Shown one piece after another: positions 13,101 to 26,310 of a DNA stretch of 64,000 nt (positions are counted from its first letter, which is position 1; each line of letters begins with the position of its first letter). The DNA lies in assembly GCF_964355755.1 (NCBI RefSeq), contig NC_092674.1, positions 26,722,001 to 26,786,000 of the forward strand, written 5' to 3'. The stretch is from Antedon mediterranea. Taxonomy: Eukaryota; Animalia; Echinodermata. The notes under the pieces were generated by a model, which saw only the letters and a program-made list of their open reading frames with translations, was not told the DNA's origin and did not search any database. Position numbers and translations under genes: made by a program.

Positions 13101-14254
13101 TTTTCTGCCCGTAAACACACATTTGAGTATTGTTTGATCTAAATTGCAAACTAGCACTTTGTTATGCAAATTATATATTGTTGCAATAATATTGATCGAT
13201 GTCTGTTTTCTTTTTTCCAGGTGGCAAACTTTGTACGAAGAACTGGAAAAAAAAGTTGCTCCATTTAAGGTTTGCATCAGTTGTAATTCAAGGCATAAAT
13301 TTGCATATAAATTTAAGGGCCAGAAATTATTTTATACAAATAAAAATGTTGAGGTTGGGCAAAAGGGTTATGGCCCATTTATACTAGGATGATAACAATC
13401 GAAGATGAGCAGATGAATATGCATTTTCCCTATGAAAAAATATCATCGTTCTTTAAAGTCCATAGAATAAACATACTTGTATCATATTAATTTTTTCACA
13501 TGCCACATTCTTTTTTTAATTTCATTGTAGATCATTGCCTAATATTTTATTCTCTGTCCTTGTGTATTAACAGGAACAGTTAGATCAGTTTGAATTAGAG
13601 CGTAAGTTCTTGCTGTGTGAAAGCAGTCAGGCCCAGCGCGAGATTCAAAAGTTAAGCCAAGACTATGCTAAGCTTCTAGGCCATCAGAATTCAAAACAAA
13701 AGATTCAGCATGTACAGAAATTAAAACAGGAAAATCTTGCACTAAAGCAGGTAAGACTTTGTTTTCTCACTTTGTCAAAGAGTATAGCACCTTTTTGTTT
13801 ATGTTAAAGAAGCACCCGATTCAATGTACTGCATCTCCACATATGGCATTATTTGTCCAGTATCATGGACAAATTCTGTAATACAGTGTCATATGTGACA
13901 CCTGTATAACATGTGACACCTGTATCACATGTGACACCTGTATCACATGTGACACCTGCATCATGTTAAGGTATGCATATAGCCAGGCATCATGATGTTA
14001 TGTGACACTGTATTACATAACTTGCTTATGATACTAGCCACGTTATAGTTTTCATTCTCACTCTCTTTTTTTGTGATTCCTATTCAATAATTGTTTACTT
14101 GTAGGAGGTTATTAAACTCAGAGAACAAAATGTGAAATATTTGCGACAAATGAAGACAACTGCTGATAAAAACCCAACAAGAAAACGGTTCAACCCCAGA
14201 GAGGCATTCAAACCCTCAAAAGAGAACGCTACTCCACTCGGACCACACAATTAA
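1121..14254 (+). CDS. HMMR: Hyaluronan-mediated motility receptor (RHAMM), about 25 exons, roughly 1,600 aa
   Basis: Exons 1-2 give MAFSKSKLKRFNEIVPCGPPVGKYDV...FDKSERFK, matching the HMMR N-terminal microtubule-binding segment. A long coiled coil follows, then the C-terminal motif [35 protein letters not shown] (13574-13750) and a last exon with RFNPREAF, stop TAA 14252-14254. Introns are GT-AG. Confidence 0.92.
2483..2649. mobile_element. MITE family A (TIR AGCTCTGTCTACACTATCAAA, TWA TSD; Harbinger/Tourist-like)
   Basis: TIRs, TAA...TAA target duplication and internal gcccaaatatggtagtgatat repeats; 14 copies seen in the window. Confidence 0.85.
2885..3040. mobile_element. MITE family A copy (degenerate)
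   Basis: Same TIR and core. Confidence 0.75.
4497..4630. mobile_element. Degenerate hAT-like MITE (ggcagatcc...ggatccacccctg)
   Basis: Imperfect TIRs of CAGGGGCGGATCC type. Confidence 0.4.
5745..6485 (+). mobile_element. Helentron/HINE (DINE-1-like) non-autonomous element with duplicated 3' module
   Basis: About 80-bp module (gacagac microsatellite, hairpin agtcgcgt-cc-acgcgact, then AAAAA) at about 5780-5860 and again at 6403-6484; CpG-rich relative to the host intron. Confidence 0.6.
7064..7458. mobile_element. About 395-bp fold-back MITE (TIR AGGCCCATTCACACTAG)
   Basis: The whole element is an imperfect palindrome with TTA/TAA flanks. Confidence 0.85.
9250..10845 (+). repeat. Coding tandem repeat, 38 x 42 bp (14 aa, consensus QQTIDDVEKEKTEL), inside HMMR exon 9183-10883
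   Basis: Directly visible; aa 28-559 of ORF 9169..10887 = 532 aa = 38 units with no frameshift or stop. Confidence 0.97.
11045..11616 (+). repeat. Tandemly duplicated 216-bp HMMR exons (11045-11260 and 11401-11616)
   Basis: Both encode FENExKIYQEKINNFEKELVEAEESKVMIEKEM...EMESYVH, have the same length and phase, and share similar upstream intron sequence. Confidence 0.9.
11650..11823 (-). mobile_element. 3' part of a SINE (same family as 28810-29590 and 59115-59360)
   Basis: Shared core tatggaaacatactcccataatgcagctagtaatcagcgcaaag..gtgtcttgatctaa with an (AAT)n tail. Confidence 0.65.
12622..12798. mobile_element. MITE family A copy
   Basis: Same TIR and core. Confidence 0.8.
13893..13963. 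repeat. 18-bp minisatellite (tgtgacacctgtatcaca) x about 4
   Basis: Directly visible in the last HMMR intron. Confidence 0.8.
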
Positions 14255-15680
14255 GAATGCACTCAGCCATACTACCATATTGATCAGTTTTAATTAATAT
14301 ACTATATCACTGACTTTTTATTTGTATTGTATAAAAATATATGAATATGAGTATAAAATTATGAATTTGCCTATTTCCTCTAATAATTACATTGTAAGTA
14401 TTGATGAATTTATACCACATTTTGAGCTTTTTTAAACCATCATTCATTCATTTTTCAATTTTGTAGATTTTTTTTAGAATGGGCATATTGTAGTTGATTA
14501 TAGGTTTTTGTAAATAAAAAAATTCAATGCTTTATTGTGTCGAGAGCATCTGGTAATAAGATAAATTTTTTCACATAGCTTTTACCGGTTGCGTATAGAT
14601 TTTACCAGGAATACGCTACAACAGGGCATTGAGTAATCGCGGCCACTTACTAGAAGCATATGAATACCCAACAAAGACATTTACAAATTTGTTACTTTTT
14701 TTGGTCTTTCAATCTTTACAATATCATTATACAGTACTGTTTTTATTACGATGATAATGATGTACAATGATTTAAAGTATTACATTTCAGGTACTGTACA
14801 GAATTGAAACTGAATAAATGTATTATACTTGTTATATATTAAACTTTCTCATGCATTTAATTATTTGAATTTATTGTTTGAACATCATCTATTGTTTTAT
14901 CAGGAGAAGACTTGCTCAAATTGTAATATGCGTAGTAAGTAGAGTGTATGTATGTAGTACATACATACGTGTAGTTTTGAATAGTTTATATTAAAATACA
15001 TCAAATCTGTATTGTAGCAAGGAAATCTAACAGGGTGTTCAGCTCCGAGGTCAAAGTGTTTATCTTTGGCTGCAACACTATCAGTTCCACGCTCTTTACC
15101 AGACACCGCAGATAATAATATGTACATAGTACAGTACTGTTGGTATTTGTCGCAGCATATAAGATCAAAGGACTGTTACGAGTTCCTCTCTTGGCAAGAC
15201 TCGGGGTCCTGCTGTTAGATATTTCTCCATGGTTACACCAACTCTTATACTATGAATTACTTTATTACACAAGAAAATACTAAAGCAAATATTTGATGTT
15301 TTAATATAATAAATCTCAAATTGGTTGGTATATAGTCTAAATGTGATAAGAACGCATTGACTGAAAGGTATTTTCATAGTCTATTGGGTCAACTTATAAA
15401 CCACATTCACACGGAACAGGTGACTGAATTGAGGTGAGTTGACTATGCCTTAATCTGTCTGAAAAGGCTATTAAAGTACAAATGTCATCAATTTGTTATT
15501 GCAATACCTAAAACAGGCTGCATGCTTGTATAGATTGGAATGTCTATTATTATTATTAGTAAATAATATCAAGCCAGTTTATTTATATAAATTGACAAAT
15601 AATTCAATGATTTTACTTTATAATGTTAACAAAGCTATCTAGATGTATTAGTTTGAAAATAAATAGAATCTGTTTGTATT

Positions 15681-18600
15681 TTAGGCATCGGACAAGGCTG
15701 CCACTCCAGGAAGGACTTTGCCTGTAAGAAGAAAAAAAGAAACAATGACTGTAAACAAAAATAAAATCAATATTTATAATATATATATGCCATTAACAAG
15801 CAAGTACTTTACTATTATTTTATTAAAGAGATTGGCCGTACCTTCCAACAGCTCCAAGCTGGCGCCCCCACCAGTGCTTACGTGCGAGAGTTGCGACTCT
15901 ACTCCGTACTGTGCTGCGAATGTTGCTGTATCGCCACCCCCTGTGCAATGATACAGTGCATTTATTTTAGACTATTGTATTATAAATCGGTAATAAAAAA
16001 TATGTACTTGAAATATGTTTAGTTTTTTTACCAATAATGGTTGTTACTCCGGCCTTTGTGGCAGCTACTACGGAATCCATCACGCCTCTTGTACCGGCTG
16101 CAAACTTCTCCATCTCAAAAACGCCTACAGGTCTGAAAAAGAAAACAATTTAAACTACAATGAGTTTCTTCAATAAGTGTTTTTCTTTGCTTCTTTTCTT
16201 TACCCAAGCTACAATCGTTTTTCTATTTTCCATGGTTTTTTATTTTATAGATGTTTAACACTATTGTACACTTACCCATTCCATACAATAGTTTTAGCGT
16301 TGTCTACAACAGTTTTAAACTGGGCTATGCTTTCTGGTCCGCAATCAAGTCCCTGAAGATGATATGAAAATTTAATCTTTTAATTTCTTATTGATGCAAT
16401 AGAATAGTATTTGTAATAGCAAGTTATTTGTGAAATATTTGATGTTTGATTCACTCATCTGATGATTCCCATGATTTGTGTGTGAACAGATGCTTACCAT
16501 CCACCCATCTGGTATTCCCTCAGCTAGTGTTGCTACTGCCGACTTAGCGTCGTTTGAAAATTTGTCTCCTATCATGAAGTCTGTTGGAAGATGAATTTTG
16601 ATGCCACGTTCTTTCGCCTTTTCCATCAATTGATTCACAATCTTCGCACCTTCCTCGTCAAAAAGTGAAGCACCAATCTAACAAATCAAAGAAAAATAAT
16701 AAACATTCAGTAAATTTGTTGTGAATAGCTCTGCCAACCAAAGCGTACACCACACCATGGAGTTAAGCAAGCGTTAAACACGGTGAACTGACTGAACTAT
16801 TCAAGTTGTGCCTCCTCTTATTCTTTACTCCATGACCACACACAGCCCATAGGATTGAAATGATACTTTACTCACATTAAAAATAGGTTTTGAAATATGT
16901 ATACCTTCATGTTACTGAGCGTCTTTGTGAAAGTGAAGGCCATTCCACCACCAATTATCAACTCATCCACTTTGTCCAATAAGTTATTAATTAACTGAAT
17001 CTTGTCACTGACTTTAGCACTGAAAAACAACATAACAGATATGAAATACAGTATATCCATTTTATTACCTAAATTAACTTGATTCCTTCGCATCAACTTT
17101 CGGAAATCATTTTCTGTACAGAAATATTGAAAATAATAATAGCAAATTAAAAAGTGAATTGTACACACCCTCCGAGTATTGCAAGTAATGGTTTATCTGG
17201 TTTCTCCAAAACTTTAGAAAAATACATAAGCTCCTTTTCCATAAGGAACCCACAGACTCTCACATCTAACTGAACGCCAACCATTGAACTATATTAAGAT
17301 CATAAAAAATGATGGAAGTAATTTCTTCTACATTGTTGTGGAAGTAATGCTCTGTCTACACTCAAATTTTATGTGACAAAAAAAATGTGATGTGCCCAAA
17401 TATGCACATGATGATGTCATATCATTACCATGTTTGGGAACATCACACTTTTTTTGTCAAACTAGTTTGATAGTGTAGACAAAGCTTAACATTTTGATTA
17501 GAGGGTATTTGTTGGATGGATATAATATGTGTTTTAGTAATTGAGTGGTATTTTCTTGTATAACTTACCTATGACCTCGATGGGCTGTGCCAAATGCATC
17601 ATTTACATAAATATCACCAAGCTTAGTGAGAGAGGCTCTGAATTTATCAATGTTCTCTTGACTGGCTTTTACCTGTTATATACATGATAACAAAGAGATA
17701 AGTCAATAACTGTAATTGTTGATTGAGTAAATTTTTTTTCTAAATTGTTCCATAGATACGTAACATTCAAACTATTTTTTGTCTTACATTCGTAATACTT
17801 TTTTTTTATTATTTAATATTAAAATGATTTATTACCTTTTTTCCATCAGTGTCCACTCCCTTCCCTTCTTCTTCCATGTGAAATCTGAGATTTTCGAGGA
17901 GAATTACAGCACCATTATCAGCCTTAGAACATGCCTCCTCGACAGCACTACCAACACAGTCATCTAAGAACAGCACATCTCTAAAAATAATATTTTTCTA
18001 TTTATAATTTATGTTACTTCAATTTGTGAAACTTTTAAAGACAGATTTCGTTCTCGATCAGTACCTGTCCAACAATTTCTTAAGTTCCTCTGCAACTGGA
18101 CGCAATGAGAACTTGGGTTGACTTCTACCGTCGGGCCGACCTAGATGACTCATCAAAACCAGACTTTTTGCACCATTTTTTAGGATGTGTTGAATGCTGG
18201 GAAGTGCTGCAGCAATCCTAATAAAAAATAGTAAAAAAGCAATATAAATGTATTAACTTTTTAAATCAATTGTAACTAATAATTTGTTGTTGTTTTGTTT
18301 TACAATTCTTCTCATACCTTTTGTTGTTTGTAATTTTTCCATCACGAAGTGGTACATTGAAATCCACCCTTCAAAAAAAAAATTAAAATATGTAAACATT
18401 TAGTAAAATATTAAAATAGTAGTAGAGTTCAAACGATAAGAGAGTGCTAATCATCTTATTCAACCAATCAGGGAGCTTAAAAATAGCTTTCTTCGTCTCT
18501 TGCTTGGTTGGGGACCTTTAAAATGAACGCCGTGGCTAAAGATACGGTACCGTATTCTAACTTCTGTTTACTAAAGGTACGGTAAAATTGCATTACGTCA

Positions 18601-19667
18601 TAATCAGCCAATGGGGTGCTGGTACGTGTGTGACGTCATCGTATAAGGACTTTGGATTTTTTTTCATATCGCGTCTGTTGTTGGTTGTATATGTAGAGAA
18701 TTCCTATCGGCGGCGCCAGGCTGCGTGGATGTGTGTGCGCTGCAGATGAGGGTTTTATTTTTATTCAAAATGGCCTATTTAGGCCTATATTTTTTTAAAA
18801 CTTTGTTTACAATGGTGACCATAAACAACAAGCAAATGCGGACAATAAAGGGGCCCTTAAATACTATGATTTAGACAGCAGTGTAGCCCCAGGGCTGACG
18901 AGTCACAGAAATCAGCGCACAGCACACATATGCAGCTGGCCACAGCCTGGCATCGCTTTCCCTACACAAACAAACTCATATAATGAGGTTATACATAGTA
19001 CGTAGTAAGTAGGCCTAGGCCTCTTTTAAAACGGTTTTCTCTATTCTAGAATTAAAATCAACATGGATTTTCAATAATAATAACAGACGTAGGCTACATT
19101 TAGTTTTTGTCACACACGACGGCGATAAATAAAGCATAAAGAAAATGCGGTTGATCACTGTTTTCGCCATACCTCCATGGTTTTCGCGATATGAAAAAAA
19201 TCCACAAAGTCCTTATACGATGACGTCACACACGTACCAGCACCCCATTGGCTGGTTATGACGTAATGCAATTTTACCGTATCTTTAGTAAACAGAAGTT
19301 AGAATACGGTACCGTATCTTTAGCCACAGCGTAAAATGAATGTGCATTAATATTTAAAATACCTTTTTTTAAAATAAGTATGGAGATAGGCCTAGTTAGG
19401 GTCATTTTTGGAAAAACTTCGTCTTGGATGGATTTTCTGTCTTATTAATTCTAATCTAGGGCTAGGCCCTAGGCTATGAAATCCAGGAAGGCAGCGCATG
19501 GAGAGGATTGACTGAATGAGCGTGCTGACTGCGTGAGGTTCATTCTAGTGTTCACCGGCTAGGCAAGCCATCCGGCCTAGCTCGTTCGACTTACTAGTTA
19601 ATTACCTCATAATGACTCTCTTTTGTTCAAAGGTAACATTAGCAATGCTAAGCTTGTTTAGCGCCAT
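15681..19667 (-). CDS. PGK: Phosphoglycerate kinase, multi-exon
   Basis: Start [21 protein letters not shown]|VDFNVP; internal motifs [81 protein letters not shown]; end [12 protein letters not shown]. Confidence 0.98.
17348..17486. mobile_element. MITE family A copy
   Basis: Same TIR and core. Confidence 0.8.
18528..19331. mobile_element. Non-autonomous Mutator-like element (MULE) in PGK intron 1
   Basis: About 145-bp near-perfect TIRs and an exact 9-bp TSD taaaatgaa (18519-18527, 19332-19340). Confidence 0.85.
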
Positions 19668-20108
19668 TTTGAGTTGTAAACAATTTAGAAAAATACAAAA
19701 AATTTAAGTTAACAGTCGATTTCTGCGGACCTGGGAATTTTACGCCGGTAAAATTGGCTACAGCTAAAGAGAGAGAAACTTTGAATGGGGAAAGCTAGAC
19801 TAATTTTTTTTTAATAACTTACAGATAAGAGTATACAAATATACTGTATGTATTTTAAAGTATCTTATTTTTAATTAAATTAATTTAATAGAGATAAAAC
19901 TATACCGATAAAAGAGTGTTGTTTTTAAAATTTAAATAAAAATAGCAACTAATCTTTCAATAGAAGTTCATGTTTTACCGCATCCCAACATGCCTATCAC
20001 GTGATAGGACACTCACATGACAAAACATTTGAGTGGCTAAAAAGTAAACAAAAAAAACGCCACACTTATTATTTTCCTTGTGTGATCGTTTGGTTAAATG
20101 TTATTACT
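19668..20108. promoter_or_regulatory. Probable bidirectional promoter between PGK and ASAH1
   Basis: Divergent ATGs (19667 on -, 20109 on +) are about 440 bp apart. A palindromic TATCACGTGATA E-box lies near 19995-20006. Confidence 0.55.
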
Positions 20109-23100
20109 ATGAAGAACGTTACTTTAGGAACGCTTTTACTTTATTTAAGTCTATTTGTTGCTAGGTCACTATCTCAAGATGTACCACCGGTAAGTTTGAT
20201 GGTTTATACGTTAAAATTGATCATTGTGAAAGAGTAGAAAATATAATATTCTAGCTAGTAAAGTAAGTAGGCCTGGCTAGTCAAAGTTTTGTATTGGTAC
20301 TAGTAGTAAGTAATGTGTGATGTGAGAGGGCGGGGTTTGTGAACTGAATATAATATAACCTGAGCCAACCAAACCTTGTGTGTTCTTCTTGTAATTTGTG
20401 ACAGGATTTTGATATAAATAAATATAACAAATTACATTTATGTCGTAAAATATGATTTATGTTTAAAATAATCATTATTATTTGGTTAATATCTTAGTAT
20501 ACTGAAGACTGTAGAACTGATGCCTACCCACCAAGCGCGAAAGATATACCAGTAAAAACCTATGTACTGAACTTAGATCTTCCACCACAGCAAAGATGGG
20601 CTAATTTAGCAAAAGAAAAAGCTCCGCAGGTAATTAATATAATACTAAAAATATACTGTTATGAATATTTGTAATATAATTCAATAACACATGTATGAGC
20701 CTTTAGGCTTTAAGCTCTGTCTACACTATCAAACTAGTGTGACAAAAATGATGTGTTGTGCCTAAATATGGTAGTAATATGCCAAAATATGGTAGTGATA
20801 TGGGCACATCACACTTTTATGTCACATAAAGTTTGATAGTATATAGAGCTTTACCAATCTGACTGTGCACTACACTTCTATTTGAAATATTAATTGAACT
20901 TTTTCTCCTGTGTTTGTATTTTTACAAGAACAATAGCAGTAGTCCAAATTTATATAAATAGTCTTAAATTTTATTTTCTTTTTAGATAAAAGATATGATA
21001 AACAGCATCATTAATTTGGTCGGGTCTGTTGTCAACACTACAGAAGCGATTGCATTTGTTGACAAGGAATTTGTAAGTATATATATTACCATTACTTAGT
21101 GGTAATATCTTAAAATGTAAATTGATAATGATATCTAAGAAATGCGAATAGTATTTCATAGTAATTTATTTTATACACAATTGCTTTACTTTGTCAATAG
21201 GCCCTTCTTGCAGATGGGTTACCAGCGCCATATGGAGATGAGATGAAAGGAATCGCTACAGCTGCTAATATCCCTCTTGGTAATAAAGAAAGTTTCTTGA
21301 TAATAAATTTCACTATAATATTGTAATCTGTATTATTATTATTATTAAACATCTCTAAAAGCATATTTTTACTCTTCCTTGCTATTAGGCTCTAAATTTC
21401 TCTCAATACTTCCACCCACTTTCTCTGTTTAAAACGTTTTATTAAAAGTTCCACAAAAAGTGTTTTTCTTTATTTTTAGGTCAAGTTGTACTGTATAATG
21501 TCTTCTATGAGTTGTTTACTCTCTGTACATCTATTGTGGCTGAAGCTCCAAATGGTAACATATTTTGTTTGTATGTATATTGTATGTTGAAATGAAATAT
21601 TTATTAAATTCTAATCCAGATATTTTAATAAGGTAAATGAATTGTTATCTTTTGTATAGGAACGTTGTATCATGCTCGTAATCTGGACTTTGGTTTATTC
21701 TTAGGGTGAGTGAGTGTGCTTAATTAAGTAGATAAAATGACAGAGATTTGGGCAGTAAGTAGGTTAAGTTGATTGATAAAGGTGTACAGTAGAACCTCTA
21801 TTAAGGGACACCTTTTGGACCCAACAACTGTCCCCAATAGGAGTGCCCCAAATTAGAAGGTTCTCCTGTAATTTTATTATATCTATAACTATAATTTGTT
21901 CTATTATTAATTCTATTATGATTAAAAAGTTTAATATTTTTTACTTTCGTATTAAAGCTGGGATGTTGAAAATGACACCTGGTCGTTGTCTGAGAAACTC
22001 CGTCCACTGATCATCAATGTGGACTACCAGTCCAAGGGAGAGACTGTTGCCCGTGCTGTCCACTTTGCTGGCTATATTGGAGTATTAACTGGAGTAAAAC
22101 CAGTAAGTATATTGTGTATGTTTTGTTACAGATAGCCAGTGTACTAAATTTAGTATAGAGGGTGTGTTGTTATGTGGTCCATCTGTGGGATTCTGTAATT
22201 CTTTTTGATTGTGATAATGAACAAAATTATTATTTCAGGGTGTGTTGACTTTGTCCATGAATGAGAGGTTCCAATTGGATGGTGGTTACATCGGTTTCAT
22301 CAAGTGGCTGCTGGGAGATCATAGTGGCAAGTGGATGGGGTTCTTCATACGAGAAGTCTTGGTCGATTCCATCAGGTATTTACATTTTTTTTGTAATGTA
22401 AACAAAAGTAATCCTTCACATTTTAAATTGTATTCAACATTTTGGGGAAGGATATTTAAATGTTAGTTGTCATTATTCAGGTTAAAGTCATCCATTAAAG
22501 TAATTTACAGACATTCTTAAGTTAGATTTATATTGTTCTCTAGGCTTTTAGTGAAATCATTATATATATATGTAACTGATAATTTGTTTTTACACTATTT
22601 AAACAAAATTGATTGAGTGTATTACTGTAATTTTATTTTTCGTGAATGCAGCTATGAGGCTGCCAAGAAATCCATTATGACTGAAGAGCTCTTAGCCCCA
22701 GCATATTTCATTCTTGGTGGTAACAGTTCAGGTCAAGGCTGTGTCATTACAAGGTCAAGGGAAACTATGGATAATCTTGAAGAGTAAGATTTTCTTTTCT
22801 CTTTTTTTTCTGAGCTTAAACTTAAAGAATATTGTTTAGAGGAAGTAGTAGGAAAGATAAGTCTTTAAAATTGAGTACCCATTGTATGATGCATAAGGGA
22901 GTTAAACTTCGACAGACAGATTCATTGTATGTACTGTGTGATTAGATGCAGTAGCTATAGGACTATAATGTCCTGAACATAGCTAACATTTAACATGGGT
23001 ACTTGTGATATTCAATGGAGAAGGCTCCAATTAATAAGAAACTGCTAAGAACCATAAGAGATGATGTAGTTTCTATATTTATTTATTTTTATATATTTAA

Positions 23101-24641
23101 ACATTGTATATTTTTAAAGATATTTTTCTACTAATTAATTGACTATGTACCGTAACTTAACTATTGTATTAATCTTCATTTTGCTCAATTCTGTATATTT
23201 TGTATAATGTTTTTAACTACTCAGTTCGCAATTCAGTTTATACTGCCATGAATTGTTTTATGTATATACTTGATGAATAAAAGATACCGAAATATATATA
23301 TATATATAAATTAAAACCTTCCCAAGTCACACTTTCTCTTATATTATAGATACAGATATATTTGATTTTTTATGTTCTGTTACACTGATTTGTTCCCATT
23401 TTCAGGATGACAAAGACAGAAAGTGGTTGGTTTGTTCTTCAGACAAATTACGATAACTGGAAAAATGCACCATTTTTTGATGATCGTCGCACCCCTGGAG
23501 ATAAATGCATGAACAGATTAACCCAAAATGTTAGTTTAGATTTGATTTCATTTTTCCTTTTTCTACATAACTTTATTTCCTTTGGTACAAAAAATAATAA
23601 CTGTTATGGCTTGTGGGGTTATATTAGTGGAAAGAATGCTTTGTTCCAGTGATCTGCTATTTAAGCAAATAAATAAATCATTTGGTTTGACAAATCCAAA
23701 AGAAATTACTCACATTCTTTAGCTTTCGCCATCTTGGCTGATGGCTTGATCACAAGTGATCCGGTCCACTACTACTTCCGGATCACTTGTGATCAAGCCA
23801 TCAGCCAAGATGGCGAAAGCTAAAGAATGTGAGTAATTTCTTTTGGATTTGTCAAACAAAATGATTTATTTATTATCTACAATCCTACAAAATGCACTTA
23901 TTCATGCTATTTAAGCATTTTAAACCCTAGGTCAACAAGAAATAATATTAAGAAGAAAGTTGTGATAAACTTGATTTTGAATATACATTTTTTTCTTTGA
24001 TTTTCAGAAAGTTGGTTTGGCTGGAATTTACAATGTACTTTCTACAAAACCTGTCTTGAACTTGGTATGTTTTGTTCATTTTGTTTATTTATTTCCATTG
24101 GCCAAAATCCTGTCACCACCAATGCAAGTGAACTATGAACATGCGCCCATATTAATGGATATTGATTGACCCATTGACCCTTCCAATTTGCTCATGTTTC
24201 TATACTTACATTTTTTTTTTTACATTGTGTTGTTTAAATGTCACATAATAGTTCAATAATTCACTTTGACCAATAATTGGAAAGAAAACAAAAATGATTT
24301 ACCTGAAAAATGTAAAGCAAAAAATAGTAAAATTTACTGGAAGTCAATGTGTTTTTGGTTGAATGATTATTTTTTCTTTTTATAAGTGAACACAACATAT
24401 TTAAGGGTTTTTTTTATGGACGTGATTTATTTTATTAGAACTGCCAAATGGCCTATTCAAACTCTTTTTTTTTTTAATTAATCTTCATTTTTCATGTTTT
24501 TGGGGGACAATACATCTTTAACAATCCTGTTTTTGATGATTAATTTTTCAGTTGACAACATACACTGCTCTGATGCAAGTCAACACTGGGTATCTGGAGA
24601 CGTACATTCGTAATTGTCCGCAACCTTGTTTCCCTTGGTAA
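20109..24641 (+). CDS. ASAH1: Acid ceramidase (Ntn-hydrolase), multi-exon
   Basis: Signal peptide [22 protein letters not shown], then [23 protein letters not shown], catalytic/autocleavage motif [44 protein letters not shown], and end CPQPCFPW*. Confidence 0.96.
20713..20850. mobile_element. MITE family A copy
   Basis: TIRs with TTA...TTA flanks. Confidence 0.8.
23668..23874. repeat. Near-perfect palindrome (about 97-bp arms, 13-nt loop) in an ASAH1 intron
   Basis: Arms 23668-23764 and 23778-23874 are reverse complements with about one mismatch. Confidence 0.92.
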
Positions 24642-26310
24642 TGAATATCATTGGAAACTATTCAATGCAACTACATTGAACTGCAAAAAGTCATTTATTA
24701 AGAATATTTTAAATTTTTATAATTGCATATTTTTATCAATAAGTACAATTAATAATATCCTTTTTAAGTGATTATTATTAAATGGTAAAAGTGTTTTTAA
24801 AAAGCTATTCCTAAAGTATTTTTAAACGACTATTCCTAAATGATGTTTATAATTGTAGTTAATCTAGCAATAACATTGACAAAGAATATTTTTGTTTAAT
24901 TTGTTTATTTATATAAACAAGTTTTAAATTTAATATCTTAAAATTAAATATTCTAATCGGGAATACTATATGTGTATTGGTAAGTAAGTTTTTGGGAGGA
25001 AAGGTGTTGTCAGGTTACCCACACTAAATGTGTGTAACAGACTCTACAGTAACTGATCTATTGAAATATTCTTTAAAAATTAAATCAAGACCAAATATGG
25101 TATATGAAGATGAAAATAGAAAACTCCATGCAACCTCAAAGAACTTGTAAAATATAGATTTGTTTGATGATTGTAATATAATTATTATTAATTTATTATT
25201 TGAGCAGCTGGCAGTATAAATAGATATATTTTTTGTTATATTAAGCATACACTAAATAACATAATTTTTAAAACCTTTTTTTTAATATAAGTTCTACTGA
25301 AATAAACTACTTTCACATTGTAAAAGTTTTTAATCAATATGATACATTGACAATTTTGTATCAAATAAAAAGTTGTAAGTACTCATTAAAATCTACGCTT
25401 TTGTTGTCATTTGATTTCTCGTGTAAAAATTTTAATTTTTTAAATGAACATTTTTTCTGTTTTTAACGAAATAGAATCATATTTTTTACAGGATTCTACA
25501 TTTTATAAAGAAAAAAAAGTTATTTTAGCACCGCAAAAAAAGAGGGCGCTCATCTAAAAAAAACATGTGAAACTTTATTATTATTTTATTGAACAGAGGC
25601 TTTTTAGGCCCAAACCAAAATAAATCATGCTTGGTAAATTACGTTTCCCGCTTATATTTGGGGGTCTTTTGGCCGGTTATGGTGTTGCATTTATATATAG
25701 GTAAATATTTGTTTGCAATGTATTAAATAAGTATGAAATATAGAAGCAAGTTATAGTTAAGCACGACTCTAAGCCTCTAGCCTAGCTACCTAGTAGGAGG
25801 CTGAGCCTAAAAGCCACCAAGAAAGCCTAGCCTACTGCAGCTGATGCTTTCTTCAATGAACTGCTAGGCCGAGGTCGAATGGCCTAGCCTTGGCTCGCCT
25901 TCTACTACTGAAACCCGACACTACTAAAATCACTAGTCTAGCTAGGTCTTACCATTATCAATCACAATATAGGGCCTGGCCTGGGCCTAGCTAGGCCTAT
26001 GGTTATAATATAAATGCCATTGTATTGGGACTGGAATTAAGCGGCCAATTTTGTTTACCAAAATAGGGTAACTCTCGCCATAAAATAATATACAGAAACA
26101 ATAAATATGCGTAACTAAAATTGAACTCTACGTTTGTTTTTTCAGAAAAACCTATTTGCAAGAACCGACGGAAGTTGATGTAGAAGCTTATAACAAAAAA
26201 CAAAAAGAGTTAATTGAACATAAAGTACGAGTGAATGAGCACAGAATGGATATTATGGAAGCTTCACACAAATAGTTATTTTTTCAAACACAATAAACAC
26301 TTGATTTGAA

